A stretch of 64,000 nucleotides of DNA, taken from the NCBI GenBank assembly GCA_030390025.1, contig CM059432.1, forward strand, positions 147,686,001 to 147,750,000, in the 5' to 3' direction. Positions within the stretch are counted from its first letter, which is position 1. Each line of letters starts with the position of its first letter. This document shows positions 50,170 through 62,050 of the stretch, in pieces. Origin of the DNA: Squalus acanthias. Lineage: Eukaryota. Below the pieces are notes generated by a model. That model had not been told where the DNA came from. It was given only the letters and a program-made list of their open reading frames with translations, and did not search any database. The position numbers and the translations under genes are program-made.

Positions 50170-50829
50170 TGAGTGAAGGCTTCAACAAATGCTACATACC
50201 ACCATCTGTACCACAAGCTTCACACACTGCTCAATGCACCACACCCCCCAGCACTCACCCACCAACAATCTCTATCTAGCAACACTCACACCCATAGCTC
50301 ACATCTTACACACAATGACAGCTATTCAACTATGGCAGGCACAAGAGTCATTAGGTACTAGAATTCATATGATATGTGTGATATGTTTATTGATAAATTT
50401 ATTAATGGGGTTTGGAATATTTTGTGGTCTTTCTCATTTCACCTTTGCGCCCAGGAGGATGCTGTGATATGGCCTGAGACAGGGATGGTATGATGGGGAT
50501 GTGCTGAGCTACGGGGATCTGGGGTTTCATTCATTCGAATCGCAGTCTGATGAGCCAGTCACGGACAGCCCATCCAGAAGACCAATTGTCTCGCTGCCTC
50601 CTCCCTCCCTCCTGTTCCTCCTCCTCCTCGTCCTCCTCCTCCTCATCCTCTTCCTCCTCTGCCTTGTCCTCCTCCTCCTCATCCTCTTCCTCCTCTGCCT
50701 TGTCTTCCTCCTCCTCATCCTCTTCCTCCTCGTCCTCCTCCTCCTCATCCTCATCCTCCTCTGCCTTGTCCTCCTCCTGAGGTGGTCCCGCAATCCCTGC
50801 TGGCAAGGGCTGCGCCCTCATGATGCACT

Positions 50830-51738
50830 GTCGGCCGTGGCTCAGTGGGTAGCACACTCACCTGCTGAGTCAGAAGGTCGTGGGTTCAAGTCCCACTCCA
50901 GAGATTTAAGCACAAAAATCTAGGCTGACGCTCCAGTGCAGTGCTGAGGGAGTGCTGCACTGTCGGAGGTGCTGTCTTTTGGATGAGATGTTAAACCGAG
51001 GCCTTGTCTACTCTCTCAGGTGGACATAAAAGATCCCATGAAGAGCGGGGGAGTTATCCCTGGTGTCCTGGCCAATATTTATCCCTTAATCAACATCACT
51101 AAAACTGATGATCTGGTCATTATCACATTGCTATTTGTGGGAGCTTGCTGAGCGCAAATTGGCTGCCGTGTTTCCTACATTACATAGAAACATAGAATCT
51201 AGAAGCAGGAGTAGGCCATTCGGCCCGTCGAGCCTGCACCACCATTCAATACGATCATGGCTGATCATTCAAATCCAGTACCCTGTCCCTGCTTTAATCC
51301 CCACAGTACACATATCCCACCTGACCCCCGTACCCCCACGTATTTAATTCCCCCTAACATATCCCATCCTATCCCACGTATTTAATTCCCCCTAACATAT
51401 CCCATCCTATCCCCATAACCCCACATATTTAATCCCCCCCTAACACTAAGGGTCAATTTATCATAGCCAAATCAACCTAACCCGCACATTTTTGGACAGT
51501 GGGAGGAAACCGGAGCACCCGGAGGAAACCCACGCAGACACGGGGAGAATGTGCAAACTCCACACAGACAGTCACCCGAGGTCAGATTCGAACCCAGGTC
51601 TCTGGTGCTGTGAGGCACCAGTGCTAACCACTATGCCACAGTGACTGCACTCCAAAAAGTACTTCATTGGCTGTAAAGTGCTTTGGGACGTCCGGTAGTC
51701 GTGAAAAACGCGATATAAATGCAAATCTTTTTTCTTTC
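50830..51738 (+). mobile_element. SacSINE1-like SINE split by an HE1-like SINE
   Basis: tRNA head at 50830, tail at 51640-51738; TSD atgatg in the transposase. Confidence 0.88.
51184..51640 (-). mobile_element. HE1/V-SINE-like SINE with CR1-derived tail
   Basis: Minus strand: tggcatagtggttagcac A box, ggttcgaatc B box, V-domain gtctgtgtggagtttgcacattctccccgtgtctgcgtgggtttcctcc, ~38-bp tandem repeats, CR1 3' tail. Confidence 0.85.
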
Positions 51739-53194
51739 TTATGATGGCCAAGTTGTGGAGGATGCAGCAGACCACCACGAAATGGGACACCCGCTCTGGC
51801 GAGTACTGGAGGGCTCCTCCCGAGTGGTCAAGGCAGTGGAACGGTTGTTTCAATAAGCCGATGGTCTGCTCGATGATGTTCCTGGTGGCGGCATGGCTCT
51901 CATTATATGAGTGCTGAGCAGGAGTGTTCGGGTTGCGGAGGGGAGTCATGAGCCAGGTGGAGAGCGGATAGCCCTTGTCTCCGAGCAGCCACCCTCTGGC
52001 GCAGGATGAAGGCATCATGGCTGCTGCCAGGATAGCGGGCATTGACATTGAGGATTCTCTGTGTGTGGTCGCACACCAACTGCACATTAAGTGAGTGGTA
52101 GCCTTTGCTGTTACGGAAGATCTCAGGATTGTTATGCGGTGCCCGCAAAGCCACGTGGGTGCAGTTGATGGTGCCCTGAACCATGGGGAAGCCCACTATC
52201 CTGGCAAAGCCACATGCGCGCTCGTCCTGCTTCTCTCTGGTGATTGGGAAGCCAATGTAATCCCTTCACCTGCTCTAGAGAGCCTCAGTGACCTCCCGGA
52301 TACAGCGATAGACAGCGTGAGATGTTAGCTATGTCTCCTGTTGCAGACTGGAAAGATCCGCTGGCGAAGAAATTGAGGGCCACAATGACCTTGACTGCCA
52401 TTGGAAGAGATTTGGTTGCCCTGGTTTGAGGCTGGAGGTCTGGTTGCAGGAGGTGGCAGAGTTCTGTGACCACCTCCCTGTTTAAGCGAAGCCTCCTAAT
52501 ACACTGCTCCTGGCTTAATTGCAGGCAGGAGAAGTGATGTCAGAAGACCCGAGGTGGGTAAGGCCTCCTGTTGAAAGCCCTGATGGCCCTCCTCCTCCCT
52601 CTGCGCACATGTTCCAGTCTTTCTCACTGCCTCCGTTCCCTCCACCGTAGATCCTGGAGGGCGAGGTCGACTGCCAGTAAAACCCCATGATTTTTAGCAA
52701 GTGTTGTACTTTGAAGCTATTCAAAAATAATGAGGGAGTTTTGTACTTGCCACAACACTTCCTGATACCAAAGAACCTTGAACTGACTCAGGAAAACTCT
52801 TGCAGTAGCAGGAAGTAGCATACAGCCACTCAAACTGCAAACCCTGACAGCTGCGAGTGATTGGTGATGATCCTTTTAAACATTGTCGCTGGAGCCGGCT
52901 TCCTGCTGCTGCACACCACCTGAAGCTGTTGTTGCTTTCTCCAGCTGGTAAGTACATTGGCTAAAACGAAGTTGGGAGATCAGGCATCCAGTGAGCGTTG
53001 CACACTCACTGACGTCACAATCTCCATGATGGCGAGCTCCCTGGTGATTGATGTTACCGGCAGCACAACCGGCAACACCCATATGTCATGCGGCACTGGA
53101 ACTGGCATCAGCTGTCGTTACAGCTGTCAACGGCATTTTAGTGCCATCTCTTGGCACTAATGTGTGGTGCAAGCCACACGAATTTCTCCGCTAT

Positions 53195-53565
53195 ATGTTT
53201 ATAAAAGACTTTCATGTTACCCGCTAATCTTTTCTCATACACTCTCTTTTCCCCCTCTTATTATCTTTTACAGTTCTCTTCTGCACTTTCCATATTCAGC
53301 TTGATTCTCTATTGTATTATGAATCTGACATTTATCATAAACCTCCTTTTTCTGTTTCATTCTAATCTCAATATCGTTAGTCATCCAGGTACCTCAAGCT
53401 TTGCATGCCCTTCCTTTCCCCCTCGTGTGAATGCATCTAGTCTGTACCTGAACCAGCTCCTCCTTGAAGGTCTCCCATTGCTCATTTACTGTTTTACCCG
53501 CCAATCTTTGTTTCAAATCCACCTGGGCCAGAACCCTTTTCAACTCACTGAAATCAGCCCTCCTG
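53195..53565 (-). mobile_element. Old CR1 ORF2 internal fragment
   Basis: Minus-strand LAQVDLKQRL..QWETFKEEL..VQTRCIH-like translation. Confidence 0.55.
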
Positions 53566-53674
53566 TAATGGTATTAAGGAGCATGGAAAAGGTGACGGTG
53601 CCCTTTGTGTGGGATGGCCCTTTCAGCCGCTGCAAAAGTGGGACCTAGCTAGAGATCATAGAATGATATGATAG

Positions 53675-53879
53675 GTGCTGTTCATTTTAAAGGGAGTTCA
53701 GGAGCAGAGAAACCTGGCGGTTTATATTCAGAAATCTTTGAAGGTGGCAGGACAAGTTGATAAGGCTGTTAATAAAGCAGACGGGATCCTTGGCTTTATT
53801 AATAGAGGCACAGAGTACAAAAGCAAGGCAGTTATGCACAACCTTTATAAATCACTGGTTCGGCCCGAGCTGGTGTGTT
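53675..53879 (+). mobile_element. CR1 ORF2 fragment
   Basis: QKSLKVAGQVDKAVNKADGILGFINRGTEYKSK..LYKSLVRPEL. Confidence 0.85.
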
Positions 53880-54044
53880 GGCCCCGATATTTACTGGGGC
53901 AGGGTTTCGGAGCGAAGGGAGGAGTTCTGGTCAGTAAACCCAGAAGTGCGGTTTTCCCAGGTTTTAACTCCATGGCCTGTGTGATTTTTTTCCCCCCAGG
54001 TTCCCCACCCGAATGTCAGCCTGATTGACAGGCTTGGCTCCCTG

Positions 54045-54630
54045 TGATCACGGGGGGTTCAAGGGTGATTGCGGGGGGTCAGGGGTGATCACAGGGGGTT
54101 CAAGGGTGATCGCGGGGGGGTCAGGGCTGATCGCGGGGGGTCGGGGGTTATTGCGGGGGGTCAATGGTGATTGAGGAGGGGTCGGGGTGATCGCGGGGGT
54201 GGGGTCAGGGGTGATCGCGGGGGGTCAGAGGTGATCTTGAGGGGGGGTCAGGGTTGATCACGGAGGGTCAGGGGTGATCGCGTGGGGTCGGGGGTTATTG
54301 CAGGGGGTCAATGGTGATTGAGGAGGGGTTGGGGTGATCGCAGGGGTGGAGTCGGGGTGATCGCGGGGGTGGGGTCAGGGGTGATCGCGGGGGGTCAGAG
54401 GTGATCTCGAGGGGGGGTCAGGGTTGATCACGGAGGGTCAGGGGTGATCGCGTGGGGTCGGGGGTTATCGCGGGGGGTCAATGGTGATTGAGGAGGGGTC
54501 GGGGTGATCACGGGGTTGGGGTCAGGGGTGATCGCGGGGTGGTCGGGGGTGATTGCGGGGCTATCCATGGTGATGGCGTGGGGTCAGGGTTCATCACAGG
54601 GGGGTCTGTGGTGATCGCAGGGGTCGGGGA
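54045..54630. repeat. G-rich ~20-bp minisatellite (ggggtgatcgcggggggtca)n
   Basis: Direct inspection; higher-order duplication of blocks from 54181 and ~54351. Confidence 0.92.
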
Positions 54631-55099
54631 AGCTAACAGATCAAGGGCTCTCCCAGAGCTCTGCACAACATTGCACAGCAGCGAGGTTTGGACCTTCAGG
54701 AGGAACAAGACATAGAGCATAGATTGTCTGCAGACGATTCTGAGGAGGAGGCGGGGGGAGGACGAGGAAGACAAGGAGGAGGAAGGTGATTAGGGCAATG
54801 CAGTACAAGCTGTTTACATTGCTGCCAGGGATGCCCTTATTAATGCAAGGATCACTTCGGTTGCACCAGTGGATCGATGTCAAACCCTCCCCTCCACCAA
54901 ATGCCACTGACACAAAGAAGTCCTGCAAACAAACAACCTCCCATTGGTTCCCCTTCATCATTAAGCAAGTTAAAAGGTGACTTACCAGCTAGCAACAAGA
55001 ATGGGCAAGATGGGAAAGTGGTGCAAACTAATAAAATGATGTGATTCTACTAACGAACAGAAACTTAACAAAATAACACTTCCTCAAACAGCTACAAAG

Positions 55100-57618
55100 C
55101 TTTACTCTTCCATTTACTACTGCTGCTACGTGGTGCACCCCCTGTGGCTTCAGCAGAGGAAGAGGCAGGCTGCTCAGATCACTGCTCTGACTGCTGAGAT
55201 ACTCTTGGCCGACGACCTCTGGGTTTCGAGCCCATGAGGGCCCCGCCTAAGACTGCTCCACCTGCACCTGTGCAGGGTCAGACTCGGCCACTGGGACACG
55301 GGGCAGCATGTCAGGTACTGACTGAGGCGGGCTGTGGGTGAGAAGTGAAAGGGCTTTGAGTGGAGTTCCCATTTCCATGTCCCCTTTCGCCATCATCCCT
55401 CTCATGGACCAGCCGCACTTCACTGCTTTCACTCTGCTTGTGAGCACTTTGGTGCAGATCAGTGACATACTGTAAGTAAAAGTCTAAGGTCTCTGTCATC
55501 CTATTTAAGGCAGCAGACATGTTGGCATCCAGAGTCTGCACGGCCGTGGTCAAGGCGTGCATGGACTCATTTGATTGCAGCAATTGATGTTCCATGGAGA
55601 TGGCCACTCTACCCATGCAAGAAGACATTGTTCACTGCATACAGTTTTGGTGTCCATACTTAAGAAAAGGCATACTTGCTCTCGAGTCAGTACAAAGAAG
55701 GTTCACTCGGCTAATCCCGGGGATGAGGGGATGGACATATGAGGAGAGGTTGGGTAGATTGGGACTCTACTCATTGGAGTTCAGAAGAATGAGAGGCGAT
55801 CTTATTGAAACATATAAGATTGTGAAGGGGTTGGATCGGATGGATGCGGGGAGGATGTTCCCGATGATGTGTGAAACTAGAACTAGGGGACATAATCTTA
55901 GAATAAGGGGCTGCTCTTTCAAAACTGAGATGAGAAGGAACTACTTCCCTCAGAGGGTGGTAGGTCCATGGAATATGCTGCCCCAAAAAGCTGTAGAAGC
56001 TACATCATTACATAAATTTAAAACAGAAATAGACAGTTTCCAAGAAGTAAAGGGAATTAAGGGTTACGGGGAGCGGGCAGGAATTTGGACATGAGTCTAG
56101 GTTCGGATTGGTCATGGCCCTGTGGGTAGCGTAGCGGGCCCAGGGGCCGTGTAGCCTGATCCTGCTCCTATTTTGTGTGTGCAATTCTGTTAGATGCAGG
56201 AGATGGTTCTGTGATAGTAGATTGGCGGTTAGGATCAGATCAGCCATGATCTTATTGAATGGCGGAGCAGGCTCGAGGGGCCAATTGGCCTACTCCTGCT
56301 CCTATTTCTTATGTTCGTATGTTCTTATGTTCTTATGTTGTAATGCCCTGTGACATCAACTCAGTCATGTTTGAGGCAGACTCCTCCATTCTCTCTGCAA
56401 TCGTGGTCAGTGTGCCCGTCAGTACATCGCACATTCTCTGCTGCTCTTCAATGATTATCCTCTTCATCAACAGCCCCCGGGATACAGCACCTGTGTCCAG
56501 CTGAGCAGAGCTTGGAGAGGCCTGCCTCCTCAGATGTGAACTCTCCACTGCTGTCCCTGCCACCACCACCTGCTCTCTATCACTTGTGAAGTGTGAGTCA
56601 CCAGGTGAAAACCAAACTATCTGTCCAACTGGTCCCACCAAAGCGCGAGTATGTGAGCTGGTGTACAGGTATGCATGAGTCCTGTGGCAGTGCAACCTCG
56701 GAAGGAATCAGCTCCACTGAGCATTTGTCGTCTACGAGGTCCATGGACTCCTGTTGCACACATGAGGGCCCTGGGGGAGAGAAAAGATATGAATTAATAC
56801 TGGCAAGGTAAGAATGTTGCAACGTATCATGATGAAGATGATCAGATTTCACGCGCTGTTGGAATCAAGACTGAGTGTTGTATGACATGTGGGTCGCTGA
56901 TATTTAATTGTGTCACCAGGTAGCTGGGAGGTCCCCATCTCCGATTGCCAGGGACGCTGAAATGGCACTGATCTCCAGCACTTCCTCCTCTGCAGTTGTT
57001 AGCAGGCAAATCTGTGGAGGACCATCTTCAGTTCTTTCCCTCTCCCTTGTGTTTTGTGCTCTTGTCTCCAATGTTCTCTGTAATTGAGCAGCTTAGTGGG
57101 AACGTTGCTCATCTCCTGCAGTGGGGGAAAGAGCAGACCTATCAGTGAGAGTAATGGATGCAGCGCATGTGGTGAGGGTGACTACCAGGGAGAGTCATCA
57201 AATCGCATAAGGATGAGGGTGAGTGGCAGCGGTGGATGGATAGATGGGGATGTGAGGAAGTGCATAGAAAGAGAAGTGGGTGTGAGGAGTGATGTGATGG
57301 AGTAGGTTTGACAAGGCAGAGTGAGGGGGTGGGGTGATGTGCACAGCAGGATGTTGGCGAATGTGCAACTCTACTCACCTTTCCTGACCTGGTTAGGTCA
57401 TTAAAGCACTTACTGCACTGAATCCAGGAGCGTGGCACAATGCTCCTGCTGCTGACCTCCTGGGCCAACTCCAGCCGCGCCTTCTTTGTGGCAGCAGCAG
57501 GTTTCATCCTCCCGTTGCTGGGGCAGAGTATCTCTCTCCAGCTCCTCACGGCCCCCATCAGTGCATCAAGGGCAGCGCCATTGAAGCGGGGCGCAGCCTT
57601 CGAGCGTCCTGAATCCAT
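55100..57618 (-). pseudogene. Harbinger Myb/SANT-like gene (3 exons), interrupted by CR1
   Basis: MDSGRSKAAPRFNGAALDALMGAV..REILCP..RSWIQCSKCFNDLTRSGK|gtgagt; IAERMEESASNM..QGITT/MSSCMGRVAISME. Confidence 0.8.
55630..56339 (+). mobile_element. CR1 3' end with doubled 3'UTR
   Basis: CIQFWCPYLRKGILALESVQRRFTRLIPG..RMRGDLIETYKI; TSD tgtt. Confidence 0.9.
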
Positions 57619-57914
57619 TGTCACACCATGTCTTCGCTTGCTTCCAACTCAACTTCCATCTTTGTTTTGATCGGAGTTGAGATCGCATCATGCGGGTCCA
57701 CATCACGCCCGCTGCCGCGCAATCAATGGCAAAACTGGAAGTAGAATGATCATGAGGAGGCTGCATTAAAATGTTACAGACAGACGCGCTGAACTAACTT
57801 CAGTGTTTCCCACACGATATCGGACACCTCCACTCCCAACGGGCCTCCGAGTTAATATCGAGGCCTATGATTCTATGAAATTTGATTTAGCCTTTCACGT
57901 TTTCAGTGTCTCGG

Positions 57915-58130
57915 CCTAGATTTATTCCTCAACCTAACATCACTAAAGCCAATTATCTGGTCATTTATCTCATTGCTCTTTGTGGGACTTTGCTGTGTGT
58001 AACTTGGCTGCTGCTGTATTCCCCTACATTACAACATTGACTACACTTCAAAAGGACTTCATTGGCTGTGAAGTAGTTTAGGACATCCTGAGGTCATGAA
58101 AAGTATGATATGAATGCAAGTTCTTTCTTT
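57915..58130 (+). mobile_element. SacSINE1-like 3' half
   Basis: tatctggtcatt..cttcattggctgtgaag..tgcaagttctttc. Confidence 0.75.
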
Positions 58131-58399
58131 GTAAATCATGCTGGGCTAAGACTCATTGCCAAGTTCTACCGGTGAGATGAAAGTGCCACTAAATTACGTA
58201 TGCTACTGGTAATTTTTTGGCACACAATTTTCTTGGAGCTGTTCCCACTCTGCCACTGTAATTTCGCTGTAAGTACAGTGGAACTACCGGTTATGCACGT
58301 AAACTGGGCTTCACTGTATTATGGTGGTGCAGCAAGTGCAGCTCTGAGGAAATTCCAGGGCTAATAACTAAAGTATGGTCCAAGATTCTTAATGCATTG

Positions 58400-59165
58400 T
58401 GGCTATCACTACACCAAGAAGGAGGATGGCAGCACTCGAGGGAAAGGTCTTGGAGCATTGGGAGGCGGTTCCAAAGTCTACCATAACTGAGGTTGGAGGG
58501 TTCTCAGGGTGTGGCAGTATTGAGATTTGCAGCATTGCACAGAGCTACAGTGTGTTAGAATTGGGGGACCCTAAGTTCTGGGATGGGTATTTCCTGGGTG
58601 GAGTTAGAGCTTGAATTCTGTAGCATTGAGGAGTGGCTGAGACTTTTGAGCAGGGGGGAAATCACTGAATCTTGGAGCATCATGGAGTGGGATCCCAGGG
58701 TCTGTAAGGTTTGGGGTGCCCAAAATCTGAAAGCATTGGGAGAAGGCTTTTAGATTCAGGGAGGGTCTGGGGGTCTGGCAGCACTGGAGAGTGGGTACTG
58801 GGCTCCACGAGCAAACCAGAGTGGAACTCCGAGATACAGCAGCATTCAAGGGGGCAACATTGAGAGGGTCTAGAATCTGGCAGCACTGAGAGGGATCCTA
58901 AGGTTTGGGATTGCTGGGGAAGAGAATCCTAGGGACCAGGAGCTTTGGCGGAGGCAAGGTTCAGCAGCATTGAGGGAGTCCCGATCCAACAGCTTTGAGG
59001 GGAGGAAGGCCCATTCTCTCTTGCCCATTCCAGGCTGTCAGGCAATCCCATAACACAGTACTGGGCTGTGAGCCTGGTTCTTGTCCTGAAGTTAAGCTTA
59101 GGAACAAAATTCAGGGAGGGCCCGGGGTCTGACAGCACTGGAGTGTGTGTTCTGGGGTCTGTAGT
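58400..59165. repeat. Degenerate old minisatellite
   Basis: Recurring tctg(g/a)cagca(c/t)tg(a/g)g core at irregular spacing. Confidence 0.55.
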
Positions 59166-59879
59166 TGCAGACTTTATAATTATTTATAACCAGCGCAATT
59201 GTAATTAATTAAAATAGTTACAAGCAGATAACATAACTGATGAAATTAGCTTCTCAAAGACAACAATGAAATAGAAACAAATATACAGGGGATGTCATTA
59301 GCTTTCAAAATTCAATTTGTTTGTCTTTGACAAAACCCTCAGAAGTGAGCTTCTAGAATAATAAACAAGAAAAAAATACATTTTCACATTTACATTGTTT
59401 AAATTACTGCTTTGTCAGTTGTTGTCTCTCTGTCTCTTGCTCTGTCTCTCTTTGGCTCTGACTTTGGTTCTAGCTCTCTCTCCCGCCCTCCCACCCTCTT
59501 GTTTTCACTCTCTTACTCTCTCTATCCCCCTCTCTCTCTGTCTCTACATCTCCAGCCGGCTTCGATTTAGTGGATGCAAATTCTCCAAGTGCTTTTCAAA
59601 CACAAGAAATAGTGTCATAGAATAAGGAGACAAAGCTTGTCCTTGAAACATCCAAAGAGAAACCTATGAATGCACGATAAGACATTCTGCCAACTGAGAA
59701 TGCACTGGTGTGGTTGGTGGCCCCCCCTTCAACTGTTCTGGGGAGTATATCCAATTGCATGGAGCACCTGATTATTCCAATATCTCTGCTGGCTTCAAAT
59801 TTACTATTGACTAGGAGGAAGTGAGCTGTAGATGTGTCATTCAAAATCTTTTGAAGAAATGCAGAAACAAAAACTGCAT

Positions 59880-60036
59880 GGGAGTAATATTAACTTTGGG
59901 CGATGGTGTAAAATTAGTGATATTGGATCAGCTGCCCAGTATACACCTCACTTCAGTAGAAAGGAAAATCGTGCGGGGTGTATGATGGGCGGCAGGTACA
60001 ATATTACACACTCGGCTAAAGTTAAAAATTCCCCCC
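59880..60036. mobile_element. Short palindromic MITE
   Basis: gggagtaatattaacttt...aaagttaaaaattccccc with internal inverted gctgcccagtatacacc/ggtgtatgatgggcggc. Confidence 0.6.
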
Positions 60037-60049
60037 TATTTCTCTTAGC

Positions 60050-60185
60050 TACATGGGAACAGGAGTAGGCTCTTCAGCCCCTCGAGCCTGCTCTGCCATT
60101 CAATTAGATCGTGGCTAATCTGTACCTCAATTCCATTTACCCGCCTTTGCCCCATATCCCTTGATACCCTCACCTAACAAAAATC
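60050..60185 (-). mobile_element. HER1-like CR1 3' tail
   Basis: aggagtaggc..cccctcgagcctgctctgccattcaat. Confidence 0.8.
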
Positions 60186-61282
60186 ATGGAGATTCATTGT
60201 CAGTTATGTAAGGTGTTTCAATTGCATGGAATGGCTTCACTCATTGATCTGTGACAAACACTTTGAATGTCCTGTTAGGTAGGTCCCCATCCAATTACAG
60301 CGGCAGCAAGCTACGCCTTCCTAAACTACACATGGCTCTGCCTTGTCCCGAGGTGTGAACATCAGCAGGAGTGTAACGTACATTCTATGCAGCTTGTAAA
60401 ATCAGTGCAGAGTACCTGACGTAACTTTGTGGCCCCCAGAAAGCATCCAATAAGTAATCCACCATGGTCAAAAATGTTTCATTTTTTTTTCTCACAACCA
60501 TCCTTTAAATTCATGCAGCATGTTCGCATGAACAGTGCATGTTAATGGTGAAATATAAAGATATACACACCTATGTGTGATGGTAAAACGTTTCACACTG
60601 CTGTAAACTAACAATAATTCCATTGCAAGGAACTGATAGCTGACAAGATTAGCAATATCTCATGCTGTTAAATGATAAACATGTGCCCAAGATTTTAAGG
60701 CAGACATTACCAGAAAAAGGAAACAGTATGCTTCAGGATCCTTCTCATGCAACTATTTGTGGTCCTGGCATTTACATTTCTAACAGAAGCTTGATACTCT
60801 GTCACAATAAACAGTTCTTTGTGGCTTTTTACATATTGCTGTATTAATAGGACTCCAAACAGCATTGCTGGCTTGTAACCAAGGATCTTTAACAACTCTT
60901 TATTATTATTTGCATAGAAGGCGTAAGTCTCTAAATTACTTATGCAGACCCTAAGTGGCTTTCATTATTTCCCACACAGTTCATTGTATGGCCAGATGGC
61001 AGATGATAATCTGGAGCTGTGACCTCAAGCGTGTATTGTCGTTTCGCAAATACTGATGCGCACTGATACATCCTTTGACATAAGGCGAACATTTCCTTTA
61101 ATTATATGGCCGCCTTCCAAAGATAACAATTTTCATTAGCAAACAAGTTCCCGCACTTATCTTTCCAGCAACAATAAAAATAAAAATATGATTGTGATAA
61201 AAGTTCATCTAACTCTGTGCGAAATAGTTCTCAATTTTAACATGGCAGGGCAATCGATGGACGTTGAGATTTAAAAAGTAAT

Positions 61283-62050
61283 GGCCCGTAATTTCCGATC
61301 GGAGGCTTCCTGTGTGCAGGAGGCCTCTTGTCGGAAAAAAATCTACGCTCTTACCTGAGGGCTCCCGAGGTCCAGACACTTCCGCTCCTGGGCCTCTCCA
61401 CAGTCGAAATGCGCAGGGCCCGCGTATCCCAGGGGCGCAGGTGGTTCACAAGCGTCCCTGGGATCACGTGGGCCATGGGGAGCCAATAGGAGAAGGGAAT
61501 CTCCCTTCATACTTTTGACAGATAGGCCCGTCAAATATATGAATGAAGATCAGCCCAAAAACACATCAAAACATTAAATACATTATTTTTTTAAATCACG
61601 TTTTTAAAATGAGTTAAAATTACATTAACTTAAATATTTTAAACAAAAATGCAATTTTTGGAAAAAAAAAAATCAAGTTTTTTACGGGGCTAAAAATAAG
61701 CTTACCTTTTTTTAAAGTATTTTTAAATTATAAAGGAATGAACATTTTTTTTTTTTTTTTTTACTTTTTTTAAACTCTTATGCTGGTAAAAGCAGGCCTT
61801 ACGCCCGCTTTTACCAGCCGTAAGATTTTTAAGTGTTTTCAGCGGACGGAGGTTCTGCAGAAAGCGGAACTCTCCCCCCGCAGAGGTCCTTCTCCAGGGC
61901 AGGCGTCCGATCGGTCAAGAGTATTCTTGACAGATCGGAAATGCCAGTTTTCAGCGCATGCGCTTGGCATGCCTGAAACCGGCATTTCCGATGTCCCTAC
62001 GGGTGTGTACACAGCTCGTACCCACCCGTAGGCATCGGAATATACGGGCC
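61283..62050. mobile_element. Harbinger-type MITE
   Basis: TIR ggcccgtaatttccgat...atcggaatatacgggcc (15/17), TSD AAT. Confidence 0.88.

Larger units (their letters stand above)
50530..52688 (-). pseudogene. HARBI1-like transposase pseudogene interrupted by SINEs
   Basis: [68 protein letters not shown] + EEEEDKA repeats. Confidence 0.9.
49593..53191. mobile_element. Decayed Harbinger with convergent Myb exon (+) and transposase (-)
   Basis: Ends gggctggaaattc...gaatttctccgc, flanked by TAT/TAT. Confidence 0.8.
53880..57865 (-). mobile_element. Non-autonomous Harbinger carrying a Myb/SANT-like gene
   Basis: TIR ggccccgatattta...ttaatatcgaggcc (12/14). Confidence 0.85.

Noticed and set aside
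50501..50923. Poly-Leu, poly-Ser and poly-Arg ORFs
   Set aside because: Alternative frames of the transposase poly-Glu repeat
58400..59165. CRISPR-like repeat-spacer appearance
   Set aside because: Repeats are short, degenerate and irregular; vertebrate context, no cas genes
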